Positions 1 through 14,251 of a stretch of DNA of 64,000 nucleotides are shown here, one piece after another. The stretch comes from Octopus sinensis (taxonomy: Eukaryota), in assembly GCF_006345805.1 (NCBI RefSeq), contig NC_043004.1, positions 15,686,001-15,750,000 of the forward strand, read 5' to 3'. The translations under genes and the position numbers were made by a program. The first letter of the stretch is position 1. Each line of letters starts with the position of its first letter. Below the pieces are notes generated by a model. The model saw nothing but the letters and a program-made list of their open reading frames with translations, was not told the origin of the DNA and did not search any database.

Positions 1-152
1 AAAACATATGCATACATATACGTACATACCTACTTCTATATATATATATATATACATGCATATATGAGTACAGGACACCACAAATAAATCGTAGAACACA
101 ACGAGAAACGAAAACATAAAATCAAACAATATATATAAATATATATATATAT

Positions 153-303
153 ACGACGGGCTTTCAGTTTCCATCTACCAAATCCACTCACATGGCTTTG
201 GTCAGCTCGAGGTCATAGCAGAGGAGGTGCCATGTAGTGAGATTGAATACAGAACCATGCGGTTGGAAAGCAAGCTTCGTACCCCATTGCTACACCTGTG
301 CCT
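153..303 (-). mobile_element. tRNA-derived SINE, 5' half (same family as 2571 and 13232)
   Basis: acgacgggctttcagtttccatctaccaaatccactcac...gcaagcttcgtacc matches the head and central part of the fuller copies at 2571-2985 and 13232-13533. Confidence 0.75.
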
Positions 304-815
304 ATGTAAAGTCTTAACTTTTTATTTCACTGCAGAAGCTAAAAATTCCTCCATGTTAGTCTGAAAATGTGAAGCACGTATTTTTATTTTTTACGTGTTT
401 CAATGATTGGACTGTAGCTTATATATAAATACATAAATGAGGTTGAAATAGCCTCATTAAGGGATAAAAAATAGTGGATTATTTGTTCATTGCCTATTAT
501 TTTTTATGAATCGTAATATTAAAAATAGAATAGGTTTAAGTATAAATCCTAGTTTATAAATCAAATACAAGTTCTGAAATTGGAGAGGTAGTATTAATAT
601 AATTTATTACCTGCAAAAGTTCAACATGCTGCTCCTTCGATTTTGCCTTGGACAAAATCTCATCAGAGGGGTGCAAACAACATACCATAATGGTTATATT
701 TACATACCGAAATCTACCCGAAAATAATTGTTGCTACAACAGTGCTTTTGAGAGAGAGAGAGAGAGAGAGAGAGAGCTATTAATCTCCCGCTACGGCAAT
801 TTCAACTAGCTTTCA

Positions 816-1156
816 CGTTCCCCAGACTTGACTAGCCCAGATCTTTTGTATTGGGGATGCCTGAAAGAGAACGTTTAAGTCAACAAAGCAGAGACCCTGG
901 TGCAACTGAAGGAGGACATCAACAGAGAAATCAGAGAAGTTGGGACTTAAACTCTTGAGGTGCAATCTTTGGAAACACCACAGGAGTGCGAAGAAGAAGA
1001 TGGCTGCCATTTAAGCGATGTCATTTTTCATAAGTGATGTAGTAGTGTTGCAAAATTTGACTTGTGCGTATTGATTCCCATCCTGTTCTTTACAGTGTAT
1101 CAACATTTCAAGGGTTTATTTGCAAAGTGAAGCAAGTTAAAACTCTAAACCAATCT
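816..1156 (+). mobile_element. Tc1/mariner-superfamily transposon 3' remnant
   Basis: Frame 816-1037 reads RSPDLTSPDLLYWGCLKENV*VNKAETLVQLKEDINREI...GCHLSDVIFHK*, the SPDL-type C-terminus of these transposases. It ends in TIR-like gtgacaacctg followed by TA. Confidence 0.75.
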
Positions 1157-1180
1157 GTGACATTTGTGACAACCTGTATA

Positions 1181-1220
<40 letters not shown>

Positions 1221-1545
1221 AGAGAAAGAGAGATATCACACATCCAAACACACATACACACACACAAGATATATATATATATATATATAATATATATATA
1301 TATATGATACATGAACAACACTACATATTATTCGGTGGAAAAGAGTGAATAAAGAAACACATTTAAAAGAACATCGATAAATCACCGAAAACTGAAATAT
1401 GAACATGAAACAAAACGAAAAATCATTTATCTTAAATTGAAACTAGAAAGATTTATGCGTCTTAAAATGCAGCTTTACATGCATACAAAAACACAAGCTT
1501 TTGTATTTATATATATATATATATATATAATATATATATATATAA

Positions 1546-1582
<37 letters not shown>

Positions 1583-2011
1583 ATATGTAGATAGAGAGAT
1601 ATAAAGATATATGCATATTTCTACACATACAAACACGCACACACATATGCATATGTCTGTACACATTTATAAACACATGCGAGCAAATATGTATTTGCGG
1701 ATGTATGAATATAAATCTGTATATACACGTACGAAACAATATTTAGATTTATTTGAACATGGTACGAATCACGTTTTATATATTGGTATTTTTTATATTT
1801 TTTATATTTTGCCTTAAAGGCAAGCAGATTAAATACCGATAACTAGGTATTATTGATTATTGAAGTAAAATACCAGGCCATCCCAGAATCACAAATACAA
1901 AAATAAAAGCCAATTGCACGATTAAGCTATTATGCATTTTATTATACGTGAATGCTCCGTTCTGATGTTCACATTTCATCACAATTCGCCTCATCTCTAT
2001 TCAATATCCTG

Positions 2012-2060
<49 letters not shown>

Positions 2061-2570
2061 TTAAAATTTAATAATAAGGGTAGAAATTGATATTAATCAA
2101 TTAAAACCATTGGCTTAACATAATTTCTTTTAAAAATCCGAAGTTTTAAAATTGTATTACATACAAAATTAAGAGGAATGACCACTAAAGTGGACATCTA
2201 ATATGCGTCAAATCGTCATTACCCTGAAGAATGTTTTCTCAAGAAAAATCCCAGCAAAATGACAAAACGTAAAAATGAAGAAGACTAACGAAAATATACG
2301 AAATAAAGAAAACGATTTCCTATTACCAATTGTTTCTCTTGTTAATATCTACGTATGCCAACATGCAAATATCTGCAAGATCGTCAGCGTAGTGCGTCGC
2401 TTAAAGCATAGAGATTACTTGGAGACACTAAGAGTAATTTAAAACCTGCCTAGATAATATGTTCAGGGTATGAAACTAATAGCAGCTCATAACTATATAT
2501 CGTGTACAATGGAGTACATTTTTAGTTAATATTACCTTGACGGAAAATTAAATTATATATATATATATAT

Positions 2571-2772
2571 ACTCTTTTATTCTTTTATTCTTTAACTTGT
2601 TTCAGTCATTTGACTGTGGACATCGTGGAGCACTGCCTTTTAGTCGAGCAACTTGACCGCAGGACTTATTCTATCGGTCACTTTCGCTGTACCACTAAGT
2701 TACGGGGACGTAAACACACCCGCATCGGTTGACAAGCGATGTTGGGGGATAAACACAGACACACACATACAT

Positions 2773-2825
<53 letters not shown>

Positions 2826-2985
2826 TACGACGGGCTTCTTTCAGTTTCCGTCTATGAAATCCACTCACAAGGCTTTGGTCGGCCCGAGGCTATAGTAGAA
2901 GACACTTGCCCAAGGTGCCCAGCAGTGTGAGGAAACCCGGAACCATGTGGTTCGTAAGCAAGCTACTTACCACACAGCCACGCTT
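2571..2985 (-). mobile_element. tRNA-derived SINE with CORE-like centre and internal (CA)/(TA) microsatellite
   Basis: Minus strand has the head tggctgtgtggtaagtagcttgct...ggttccggg, the centre ggcaccttgggcaagtgtcttct, an internal microsatellite, and a tail ...cagtcaaatgactgaaacaag followed by AAAGA-type repeats. It is multi-copy within the window. Confidence 0.9.
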
Positions 2986-3499
2986 ATGCATATACATATA
3001 TAATATATATATAAACAAACACACTTGACTTATGTATGTATAAGTATGTAGATAGTCACCATCTTGATACTCTGAGTTTTATCATCAGTTGAACCGCGAT
3101 TCTGCCAACTTATTCCGATGATATGCGTGTTATATACCTTAAAATGTCATGTAACTCTATGGAAGATAAAGGAACCGAACGTGAAACTATGACCAGCGGG
3201 TTTTTACTGTATTTCGTAATAGAGAAATAGTTTCCTTTTTCTCTGCATTCGCTTCTCGGCGTGTCTGCAAGTGAGAAATTGAAATACAATGGGGTAATAT
3301 GCCTGGTTGATTGTTTGCTATATTTATTCACTCGATTCTTATGCATATATACGTTTCTTTTTCTTCTATTTGATCCGTGGATGACTTCTATTTCATCTGT
3401 GGGTTTGTTGGGAAAAATTTAAGTTGGAAACACTAGAAATTTGGATGTCTGCTTTGTGCACATAGTTTATTTATTCAAGGAAACCCGACTTTTATTAGA

Positions 3500-4200
3500 A
3501 CATTTTATATCTGGCCTACGAATATAGAGATTGTTTCTTGAAGTGTGTTTCGCTCGTCATATGTAATCTTTGTTATGGATGTTATTTTAAAAGCCCAAAT
3601 TAGTCTTCTTCAACAAGTAGACGAAAAGGTTTTTACAGATTAAAATTTATGTTCGGGCACGCTACAACGGTCTTAATTTAAGGTCATTAATATGTGTTAA
3701 TGATTCTTCATGGCGTCACATATTGCTTTACGGTTGTGTGTCCGCATTAGGAGGAAGTCCTCCAATTAATATTTCTAATTTCTAACATATTTTGACCTTT
3801 TCAGTAGTCTAATTTGTTCACATATTTGGATATTAGGTATGCAACGAAAAAATTGGCGAATGTTACGGCAACCTTAGTTTCAATTGCAATTCCAGAAAAA
3901 TAGAGATAAACTCTGTCATTGAAACTGAAGAAACAATATTGTGATTTTTCTATTTAATTCCTTCTGCATTTATCACTTAACGAGTCTGATATTTCATTGA
4001 ATTCTCCAAGGCATGATTCTATGGCGTTTAGAACAAATGTTACGATAATAGAGTTTTGTCAAATTTGTTCGTGAGGGGAATTAACAGGTTCTGAGAGATT
4101 ACATATAAAGCTCGGTATATTTAGAATAATAGCTTTCAGTAGTACGCATACAAGGTTGGGGAAATCTATGTATTTCAGAAGTTGTATTCACCACAATTGA
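3500..4200 (-). pseudogene. Heavily decayed Penelope-like RT fragment
   Basis: Minus strand gives ...YCFFSFNDRVYLYFSGIAIEN*..., resembling the PLE RT motif FxFNxxxYxQxxGxAMG. There are many stops and the boundaries are approximate. Confidence 0.4.
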
Positions 4201-4284
4201 TCTTATTTTAAAATTGTTAGGAAGTGTGGTAGGATTACAGACGCATGAAGCTGATTTTTATAGGCGTCCCCTTCTGAGTAGAAC

Positions 4285-4590
4285 GAAAAAAAAATTATAA
4301 GTCTGTTTGAAGAATATATAAGTCAGGTCACTATATCTACTAGCGGTACTAATAATAACGTTAGACTTAGTACTACCTGCAGGCATCTTGAAAAAATTGG
4401 TTCTGTGTGGAACCAAAAAATAATAATAATAAGTCCGTTTGAAGGATTTATGTGTCAGGTCGCTATATCTAGTAGCGCTTCCAGTAATGTTACACTTGGT
4501 ACTACTGTGGGAATTTTGAAAAAAAAAACTATGGTTCTGTGTGGAACAAATAATAATAATAAGCCCGTGCGAAAGATTTAATAATCCTGT
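4285..4590. repeat. Diverged tandem repeat, ~131-bp unit, ~2.3 copies
   Basis: aagtc(t/c)gtttgaag recurs at 4299, 4431 and (diverged) 4561. The blocks gtcaggtc.ctatatcta and ggttctgtgtggaac each recur. Confidence 0.8.
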
Positions 4591-5126
4591 GTTCAAAAAA
4601 GAATTTACAACCGTAAACAGATATCATCTGTTGAAATTGAAAGTAACCAGTTGCTAAGAAGGTTAAAACGGACAAAGAAAACGCAAGCCATTTTGTGATT
4701 GAGAATACTAAACAAGACCTCCTTGAAAAGATTCCAGATGAAATGTCAACTAGTAAAGGAAAAGTCGTAGGAATGGAAAAAAAATTCTGTGTGTTTAGAA
4801 AAAGAAATCTCAAAGTGGTAGGTGATGTGTGGACGCCCCAAGGAGAGAGGTGGGCCGGTCCACTACAAATAAATAAGGAATTGTGACAGCCAGTAACGTT
4901 GTTCGGCGAAGGTACGCCGATCGAACCTGCGATACATCAATATATATATATAGTCGTAGTATATTCTATTAAGAATGTAGTAGAGTACTGTATAAAGCTC
5001 GTCCGCTTTCAGATTTACTCTGTGCTATCAAGTAGTAGTATTATACGTATTTTCAGGTCTGCGTCTGCGTATCTGTCGTGTGTGAATAGATAATTGTAAT
5101 ATATATATATATATATTATATATATA

Positions 5127-5175
<49 letters not shown>

Positions 5176-5890
5176 TATGCGCATTCGTGCGTGTATACAT
5201 GTTTGCATGAATTTATAATGTATCTCTGCAATAAACGACAAATTTTTTCTCCATTATCAGTATTCTTACTGCAATTTCCACACGATATACCCTTAAGTTT
5301 GTATGTAACATTGCGCAGAAAAATATATTAGAATAACGAACAACTGTTCTATTAATAATATGTATGGGTGTACCTGACTGTATATATATTAGAACACGCT
5401 GTTACACATAACACTTTACATAAAAATTAACATGTATGCATGACTTTTTTTTTCTTTTCAAACGTTTTATGTATATGTATTCTGGTAATAATATCCATTT
5501 ATGAACAAAAGTAAATATTTCGCTATTCGATTCTCTTTTTGTATATTGTTATGAAGCTGCGCCTTAGTCAAAAGAAATATCCAATATTTGGAATGCAATG
5601 GCGTATTTTATTCGCTTCAGAAATCTTTACTTTGGAGAAAGAATGATAGAATTATCTACAAAATGTAAAAGTGGGCTTAGAACAGAAGATAAACAAGGTT
5701 AATTCGTTCAACATGACATATCGATGTTTATATAATATTCATACACGTAAAATAGTTATTATAGACAAAAAGTTGAGATGATATATATATATATATCTAT
5801 ATATATATATAATAAAATATTAGGGAATAAAACCAAACTTACAGAGAAAAATCAGATTTAGGATTAAATCCAATTTTATAGTAAAATATT

Positions 5891-6013
5891 ATATTATATT
5901 AAATTAGAGATAAAATCACTATTAGGCAAATCAAACAATGAAAATGTATTGGCTTAAGTTTTTCATTGTTTGATTTGCCTAATACTGATTTTATCTCTAA
6001 TTTAATATAATAT
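5891..6013. repeat. Near-perfect fold-back palindrome (54-bp arms, 15-nt loop)
   Basis: 5891-5944 is the reverse complement of 5960-6013 with one mismatch. Confidence 0.9.
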
Positions 6014-6118
6014 ATATATATATATATGTGTGTGTGTGTATCTAGATATGTATGCATATATATACATATCTTTATATATTTGATGTATATATGCATATAT
6101 ATTATATATATATGTATA

Positions 6119-6171
<53 letters not shown>

Positions 6172-6186
6172 TGATTTGTATACGTA

Positions 6187-6229
<43 letters not shown>

Positions 6230-7011
6230 AATTCAATCTTTCATGGTACCATTCATTTAGCCACCGAAATAATCTAGAGTGATCTAAGCATTTAAAGATG
6301 CGTCACGTGCGTCCGAGATGCAATATTGCCTCCGAAAAATTGTCCTTATTAAAGAAGTTAAAATTGAAACTTCAGTGTCTCTATGAAGCTGCAAAGCTCA
6401 AACACAGTATATGTAACGTGCACAGGTTTGGATAGACACTTATATATGTATGTATGCATGTATGTAGTATCTATATAGTTATATATGTATTCATGTATAC
6501 GTAGAGATCTATGTATCAAATATGCATACTTATACATACATATATTTGTGTATATATATATATGTACATATGCATATATACACACAATTACATCTATATG
6601 TCTGTGTGCATATATACTTATATGTGTGTGTATGTATATACACACACCATTGTTACAACAGCATATTAAAGAAATTTAGAAAGTGAAATTTACATTCATC
6701 TAGTTGAAACATCCACTCAATCTAGATTCTTGCAGATGTATAATTTCACATTTCCAATCCATACATACAGAACACTTTCGAAATACCCATTTATATCATA
6801 AACACTTTAATGTGCATAATAAGAATGTATGCTACACTTGCCTAGAGAGTAACACATCCAGAATTGCACAAAGGAATTTAGGCCCTACAAAATTGTAACT
6901 TCAGGCATTCACATGCATGTAGTATTGCTGGAATCCAAACACACTTATATAGAATGGAATTTTCTTCTTTGAAAATGTAGCGTACATAGAACATACGTAT
7001 TACACAATATA

Positions 7012-7260
7012 TGTGGAGGGTCGTGGATTAGTGGGTAGGTTGTTGCACCCGTGATCCTAAGATTATGTTTCAAATCCTGGACCTAGCGATACGTTGTTCT
7101 TGATCAAAACATTTCATTACATATTTCTCGAGTCCACTTAACTAGTGAAAATGCGCCATCCTGCAACGGAACGATTTCTCATCCCGATGAGAATATTTAT
7201 ACAGCAGAATCTGGAAACCGGCTTACATGTACCTATCGCCCGGATAGGAACTGTCATCCA
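7012..7260 (+). mobile_element. Decayed tRNA-derived SINE (second family)
   Basis: Head ggagggtcgtggattagtgggtaggttgttgcac...tttcaaatcctggacc has A/B-box-like motifs and resembles the copy at 34586. Confidence 0.6.
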
Positions 7261-9174
7261 TTTGACTCAGTATTTAAGGTAATAATCTTGATGGAACTTT
7301 TATTCTCCAAATACACTTCTTCAAGGATATAAACATAGAGGATTCTACTAAATACCAGTGAGATGTGTTATATATATCTCGTAAAATATTCAGCCGATTC
7401 CATATATTAGTAAATGAATTTGTCTGTGTATTTTTAAAGCTTGACACAACTTTGTCCATGCAAGTGATACTATCAAATAATACGACTAAAATGTGCAGAA
7501 TAAAGCATGAATATCTCTCTTAATAGGTTGTATGAACAAAGCACTGATTTTGGTCAACAAAATTTCCCCTTTTCCACTGCTAAATGCTCAGGCTGCATAG
7601 TATTGACCGAGTTACTTTATATTCATATGGTAGTAAATGTAAATGTACGAGTGTGGTGAAGCAAGATTGTAGACTAGCGCTTTATGGTTCACCGATGTCT
7701 TTAACTAGCAGTTATTCAAATCAAGGTTAGTGTTTCTCTTATTCATGAAACCATTACAGTTCAAAATATGTAAGTACTTCTAGGGACACATTAAACTTAA
7801 TATGAAATGTTATAAACCTCCACCGAAAAATTAAGTTATGTGTGACTTATCAGGGAGCAATATACTAACTGGCTGAATAAATTTGATGTGAATTACGCAG
7901 TTATAGGAAGCTGAAGGTAGTTACTTTATGAAGGAGCTTTATAGTAAAAGTATTTTATCTTCTTGGATCTTATGAAACGATAAAAAGGATAGATTCATGA
8001 AAAGGTAAAGAAGATCTAACCAAATCTAATTAGTATTGAGTTTCTTCGGAGACTTTTCCCTAAAGCAATGATTTATTTCCTTCTTGTATTTTATCGTCAA
8101 ACTTGAAGACCTGTCCTAAACATTAATACGCAATATCTGAATTGAGTTGTGCAGTAATGTTTAAAATCGGTTCTTTCATCTTCATGTATGCCTATACCGA
8201 CGGGAATTAATCACTAACGGGATAATTTAATATTCCTATGCCGTCTTTTCTGTCAAAGTAAGCGAGAGATTTACGTTTGCTTCAACCAACAATTTTAATT
8301 ATATGTCAAAAGCCAGTCGAAGTTGTAGAAAGGTAAAGAGGTCGTTGAGATTTCTCTTAAATATAATCGGTAACGAGCATTCTTAAAATATTTCAAGAGA
8401 TAAGGATTTAAACATCGACCGGCAACAAACGTTTGTTGTTGACACACGCATTTATATATGTGTGTTAGTTTGCAAGTTTTGCTGTGTTCCTATCAGCGTT
8501 TGTGCTGTTTCAGTCGCTCATTAAACAGTTATTGTGAATACAGCGTAAAGAGCAGTGTGTCCATGTTAATTGCCGATATTTCTTTAAATTTCTGTATTAG
8601 ACTTGCAATGCTAGATATACATGCGTGTGGGTTTTATAGGTCATATGTTTGGGTGTGCATGTGTGTGTAAATGCACAAAATATACACACCGCGCATATGC
8701 ACATATAATATATATATACATATATATATATATATGTATATATATATATGTATATATATATATACGTACATACATATATACATATGCACATATATATATA
8801 TGCATATACATATATATATATATATGCATATATATACATATGTATGTATATAAGCACGAACACAAACACACCCACACATATATGTGCATAAATATATATA
8901 TAACGTTTTCATTGCTTAGTGATTAGGGTATTTTACTCACCATCAAAGGATTTATTTATTTCACCTTGCTCCAGTTTACTTCGGTGCATATGAATACGAC
9001 TTGTATCAAACAAGTGGTGGTGTAGCTCTATTTTCTTGAAACCGTTTCGTCAATGATATCATCTGAATGATGCGTGTGAATGCCAAAACAGAGTTCATGT
9101 CTCATCTCCAATATATTAGACACCTAAATAATTAGCGAAAGCGCAGAATCAACCCCCAATACATACACACTTAT

Positions 9175-9250
<76 letters not shown>

Positions 9251-10400
9251 TATATATACATATATACATATATACATACATACATATACATATATATATG
9301 TACACGCATATACATATACTTTTATAAATATGGGCATCAGTGTGTGTTTAAAAACATATTCACCTGTATATTATAAATATTCATCTTAAATATCCATTAT
9401 GCTTTTATCTTTTATAATTATGAGACCAGATATAATTGAAGTGGACTAATTACATAAACACCATGAAACATGTATAATTATATTTTAATTTAGCAGCAGC
9501 ATAGATTATAGGAAAATATATCTCACATTTGTTTTTCTCCTCAAATACACAACTCCGTCTGTGATAAAAGCAAATAGTGTAAATAGGAAATGATGGAATA
9601 TATCATACACAACATATGTTGATATTTAATAATATGATCAATAACATCAACAGACACAATAAAAAAATACTGTTATGGCTACATCATAAGTATATTCGAA
9701 AACTCCATAGAAACTAAAGACGCAATCAATTATTGCTGGCGACTCTAAGACTCATTGGGGCAAGCTTCCGATGAAAAGGTTATCGAGTAAAGTATGTCAT
9801 AATTACCATTGCGTAAGTAATTGTTAAAAAACCAAAAATTATATCTCAGTGTTCCGTGATTAATTTGAATTTTATTGGCGTGTAAAACGCTGGATATTAT
9901 TAAATAGTAAACAAAGAATGTTAAATATGATCTGCCATTGTATTAAGGAATACAGTTTTATTACATTTTTTTTAAAACACTGTAAGTTTATTAGTTTATA
10001 TTAGTTTCCTATTATATTTAACCATTGAGCTGTGGCCTTCGTAATGCACTAACATCAAGAGACTGACTATACTAACCTCCTTCCTCTGTTGTTGATTTCT
10101 AATTTACTTTTATGAGGCCGTCTATTGTGAATCACAAATTGATATATGTGTGAGAACTGAAGTAACAACATACAAGAGCCAAAACAAATATTACGATGTA
10201 TGTTGTTCAACATTCTATAAATTTTATTAGACATTAGCCGCCAAAAGCAAACTCATATTTCACATGTAAACAAGTACGCATGTATGTGTATGTACATGTA
10301 TATATATATATAAATAAATAAATGTATATATAAATATACATATACATACGTATATCTATCTATCTATCTATCTATCTATATATATATATATATAGATCTA

Positions 10401-10437
<37 letters not shown>

Positions 10438-10442
<5 letters not shown>

Positions 10443-10645
10443 TTGTCTGGTAAGTTCGTGTCAATTTTTAAAGGAAAGAAAAAGGTCAATAAATACTTGC
10501 CATTACATTTTTATCAACCAAATATGAACCATTTTGTTGCACAATGCGTCTCCATCTTTCCTTTAACTAGAAAATACATATTTGGAGGTATTTTTGTTTT
10601 GGGTAAGATGGCATTTCACTTCCTTATTTTGAAGAAATATTTCCG
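10438..10645 (-). mobile_element. mariner 3' end fragment
   Basis: TIR-like tattggttgtctggtaagttcgtgtcaatt abuts (TA)n. The minus strand encodes LKERWRRIVQQNGSYLVD, a mariner transposase C-terminus. Confidence 0.7.
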
Positions 10646-10899
10646 TTCATATGGGTCCGCGTGAGTCTGCTCTGGTTAGAATGTCGAAATATTCTGTTTG
10701 GCTCTTTTGTTAAAAGTAGTCAAAAGTGTACATACATGGGCATATTATGTGTATAAGGGGTATGACGAAGAAACGTAGCGGTAATAGGTGCTATAAAGAT
10801 GTGGCTAGCTTTTTTTGAATATGACTGTGTGCGCATGCATGTGTGTGGAAGGTTTATGCATGAGGATGTGGATTTGGGCTTATAGTGTTAGTTTAAAAC

Positions 10900-11290
10900 A
10901 CCTGATGATTTCTGACTCTTTTGTGCAAATGAATATGATATGGTGTCAGCATCGCGACAGTTTCTAATTTCTCTTGTTTAGAGTGTGTTAAATATGTTGA
11001 TTATGCAATATAAATGTGCGAGGTGGAAGGAACAGATAACGAACAATTGGTATATAATGGTGCACTGATTATAATTTGAAATGATGCGCTTGGCGAAATA
11101 TTGTCATCCTGTCTTAATGTTTCGTTCATTTTGTATATAAAACATAATGTGATGGTAGGTTTTGTGTGTCCGTCCTTGAAGGTTCCATCAGCGACTCCGA
11201 TGTTTTTCCATTCGGTGTGTGTTCATACAGGGAACATGCCTCCTTTGTATTTTTGAAATTCGCAACGACATGGAAATAGAGTTACTAGAA
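10900..11290 (-). pseudogene. Possible decayed PLE GIY-YIG endonuclease relic
   Basis: Frameshifted minus-strand pieces (HHYIPIVRYLF, FILHNQHI) are loosely similar to the EN C-terminus seen at 14600-14900 and 45900-46290. Confidence 0.3.
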
Positions 11291-13231
11291 ATTTCAGGTT
11301 CAATAACAAGTTCTATTCTCTAGAGCATTTATTCAAGACTCCTCCCTCATTCGTTTCACTTGATTCGTTTATGTATCAACGTTTATATTTATACTTATCC
11401 ATCAACCTATTAAATACATAAAGTGAGATGCATAAAACCTGATTTCAACCGAAGATTAATAAAACTTAAATCTTGAATTCACGTAGACATGAATCGCTTG
11501 GACTGTGATATTAAAATTTAGAATTCCAGATACGTAACCGTGATTTGCTGGAACTCAGTATATGTGTATGTGTGTGTGTGTGTGTGTGTTTATTTATTTA
11601 TTTCTAATATTCCATGATATTTTGTATGACAGTATGTTTTGAAATTTGTCACTACATAAAAGCTAGCAGTGGACGCAGTCTGAACATAGTGGCTGTAATT
11701 TGTGTACATGCCAGCCCCGTGGATTGTTGTCCTGAACTACCTTATATTTTTGTCGAGAATAACTCGACGGGATAAGTTATTAAGAATACATCGTTTCGTT
11801 GATGTCTGAATATTGAAATATCTTTGTGAATATAATGAAAGAGATCGAAATAAAATTTACACTCGCACTGCACGCTGAGGCTATCAGTTGGGCGTAACAA
11901 TATTTTTGAAATAAGTATACATGTTTGTGTTTATAAATATTTCTCCGTTCATTCTTAGACATTATCACCAAGAATGGGTCACAGTACGCATAAAAACTCG
12001 ATAATGCAATGTTTTATTAAATTATTGGTGAGTACAATTTTCCTGATTCAATGTAGGTAATTACTCTGTTTGGAAAACACTCATTCCTGAAACTGATATT
12101 TATCAACGTTTCTCTCCTTGAAATGAAATCAATATATTATTACAGAGAAATGTGCGCAATATATTTGGGGGTATATATCAGATAAAATAAGATATTTAAA
12201 CTTTTGTTACAAAGCATCATGTCTTATTTTTAAATAATTCAATTTCAGTCATTAATACAAGCTGTGGCTTCCTGACACCTATCGTTACACAGACGTTCTT
12301 ATAAATCTAATGCGCTTTGCAGCTTAAGGTTGAATTAATTTAAGAAGGATAAACTAAAGTTTGGCAAGAATTTAAGTCGTTTCTATTGAAAGCAATGCAT
12401 TTTCTGGAGATGTATCCAGCATTATTTCTCAGAGCAAATAGTGTGGTTCTTTTAACACCTATTGCTACACTGGTGGTAGGAAAACTGTTTCGCTAAAGAA
12501 TCATTTCTGCGGTTTGAAGCGAAATTTCTTTTGATATTATCTGACATTCAGCATGACGTGTTTTTCTATTATTGAACGCTTTGTTTGTTTGAGTTGAAAG
12601 CACTTACTCGATCATTGCCTTCACGCGATGCCAGTATTTCAAAGAGAGTAGAAACGCAACCAGAGACACGACTGAAACGAAAACTTTGAGTGTTTGCCAT
12701 TTCCCTTCTTTGAAATGATTAGTTCTAGGAGCGAAGAATATCGAAGGGCAAATATATGGGGAAAATAATCCAAGGAAATTTACGGGAAATGTAAATATTA
12801 AAGTCTGAAACCAAAATATGTGAGTAACTAAAAAATGACAAAATTATCTGATGTAGCTACAATATATGTAACACTTAAAGTATGTACAGGGTAAAATACA
12901 CTGCAAAGATGGAACACTTTTATAAAAAAGAATCATTTGTTCGTAATATCATATGACTGTTAATTATAAATGGGACATGTACAATGAAGCCACCGCATTG
13001 TTGATATTATAATCAATATGTATATACATATATACAAAAAGTTATTGTAATACAGCAAAATCTGGACACTAACCAAGTAATACCAACCGTAATGCTTGTG
13101 CTTGTATTAAACACTGTTTCATTGACATACACTCATTCTATTGCTAGTACCTCTATGTCTACTACAAAAGATCATACACCTTTAAACTAATGTTGAATGA
13201 AACCTCTCTTCTGACTCAAAGCAATTAATCA

Positions 13232-13533
13232 ACTATTCTTTTACTCTTTTACTTGTTTGAGTCATTTGACTGCGGCCATGCTGCAGCACCACCTTTAATC
13301 GAGCAACTCAACCCCGGGACTTATTCTTTGTAAGCTCAGTACTTATTCTATCGGTCTCTTTTGCCGAACCGCTAAGTGACGGGGACATAAACACACTAGC
13401 ATCGGTTGTCAAGCAATGCCAGGGGGACAAACACAGACACACAAACATATATATATACATATATACGATGGGACTGACCCGGAACCATCTGGTCGGTAAA
13501 CAAGCTACTTACCACACAGCCACTCCTGCGCCT
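13232..13533 (-). mobile_element. tRNA-derived SINE with internal deletion
   Basis: Has the head ggcgcaggagtggctgtgtggtaag and the full tail. The central segment is deleted at a ggg microhomology (acgatggg|actgacccgg). Confidence 0.9.
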
Positions 13534-13928
13534 ATGTATACTATATATATATACATATATATATATATGTATATATATGTATGTAGGTAAGCAGAGTTGA
13601 CGGTTGGAATGACCGTCTAACGTATAAGAATATCCGTCTTACTACGGATATCATTTACCTATGCTACCCTGGACATGGGTCTGCAAGCACGCTATGCTCA
13701 TAGGGTACAGGTAATAACTGAATAAACAAACGTTTATCGGGAAGCAAATTTAAATAATCAGAAAATGGAGAAAACTTTTCATAAACAAACAAACAAATTG
13801 ACTAAAATCGGTTCATTATTTTTTTAATACAAAATATGTTATGTATTGTATTAAAAGTAATTAACCGATGTGGTCATTTTTTGTGTGTGTTGATCAAACG
13901 TTTTCCCCATTTTCTGCTGATATATATA

Positions 13929-14008
<80 letters not shown>

Positions 14009-14017
14009 TATATATAT

Positions 14018-14102
<85 letters not shown>

Positions 14103-14251
14103 GTATGTATATATATATATGTATATATATATACAGGGAGAATACACAAACAAATAAAAGACGAAGACAGGTGGTGTAGACAACACACAGATGTATTAGT
14201 ATAAGTGAAAAAGTCTTAACGTTTCGAAACATATATATATATATATATATA

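Noticed and set aside
1064-1817. Numerous YI/HT/CV-rich ORFs here and throughout the window
   Set aside because: They are translations of (TA)n/(CA)n microsatellites, which lack stop codons in those frames.
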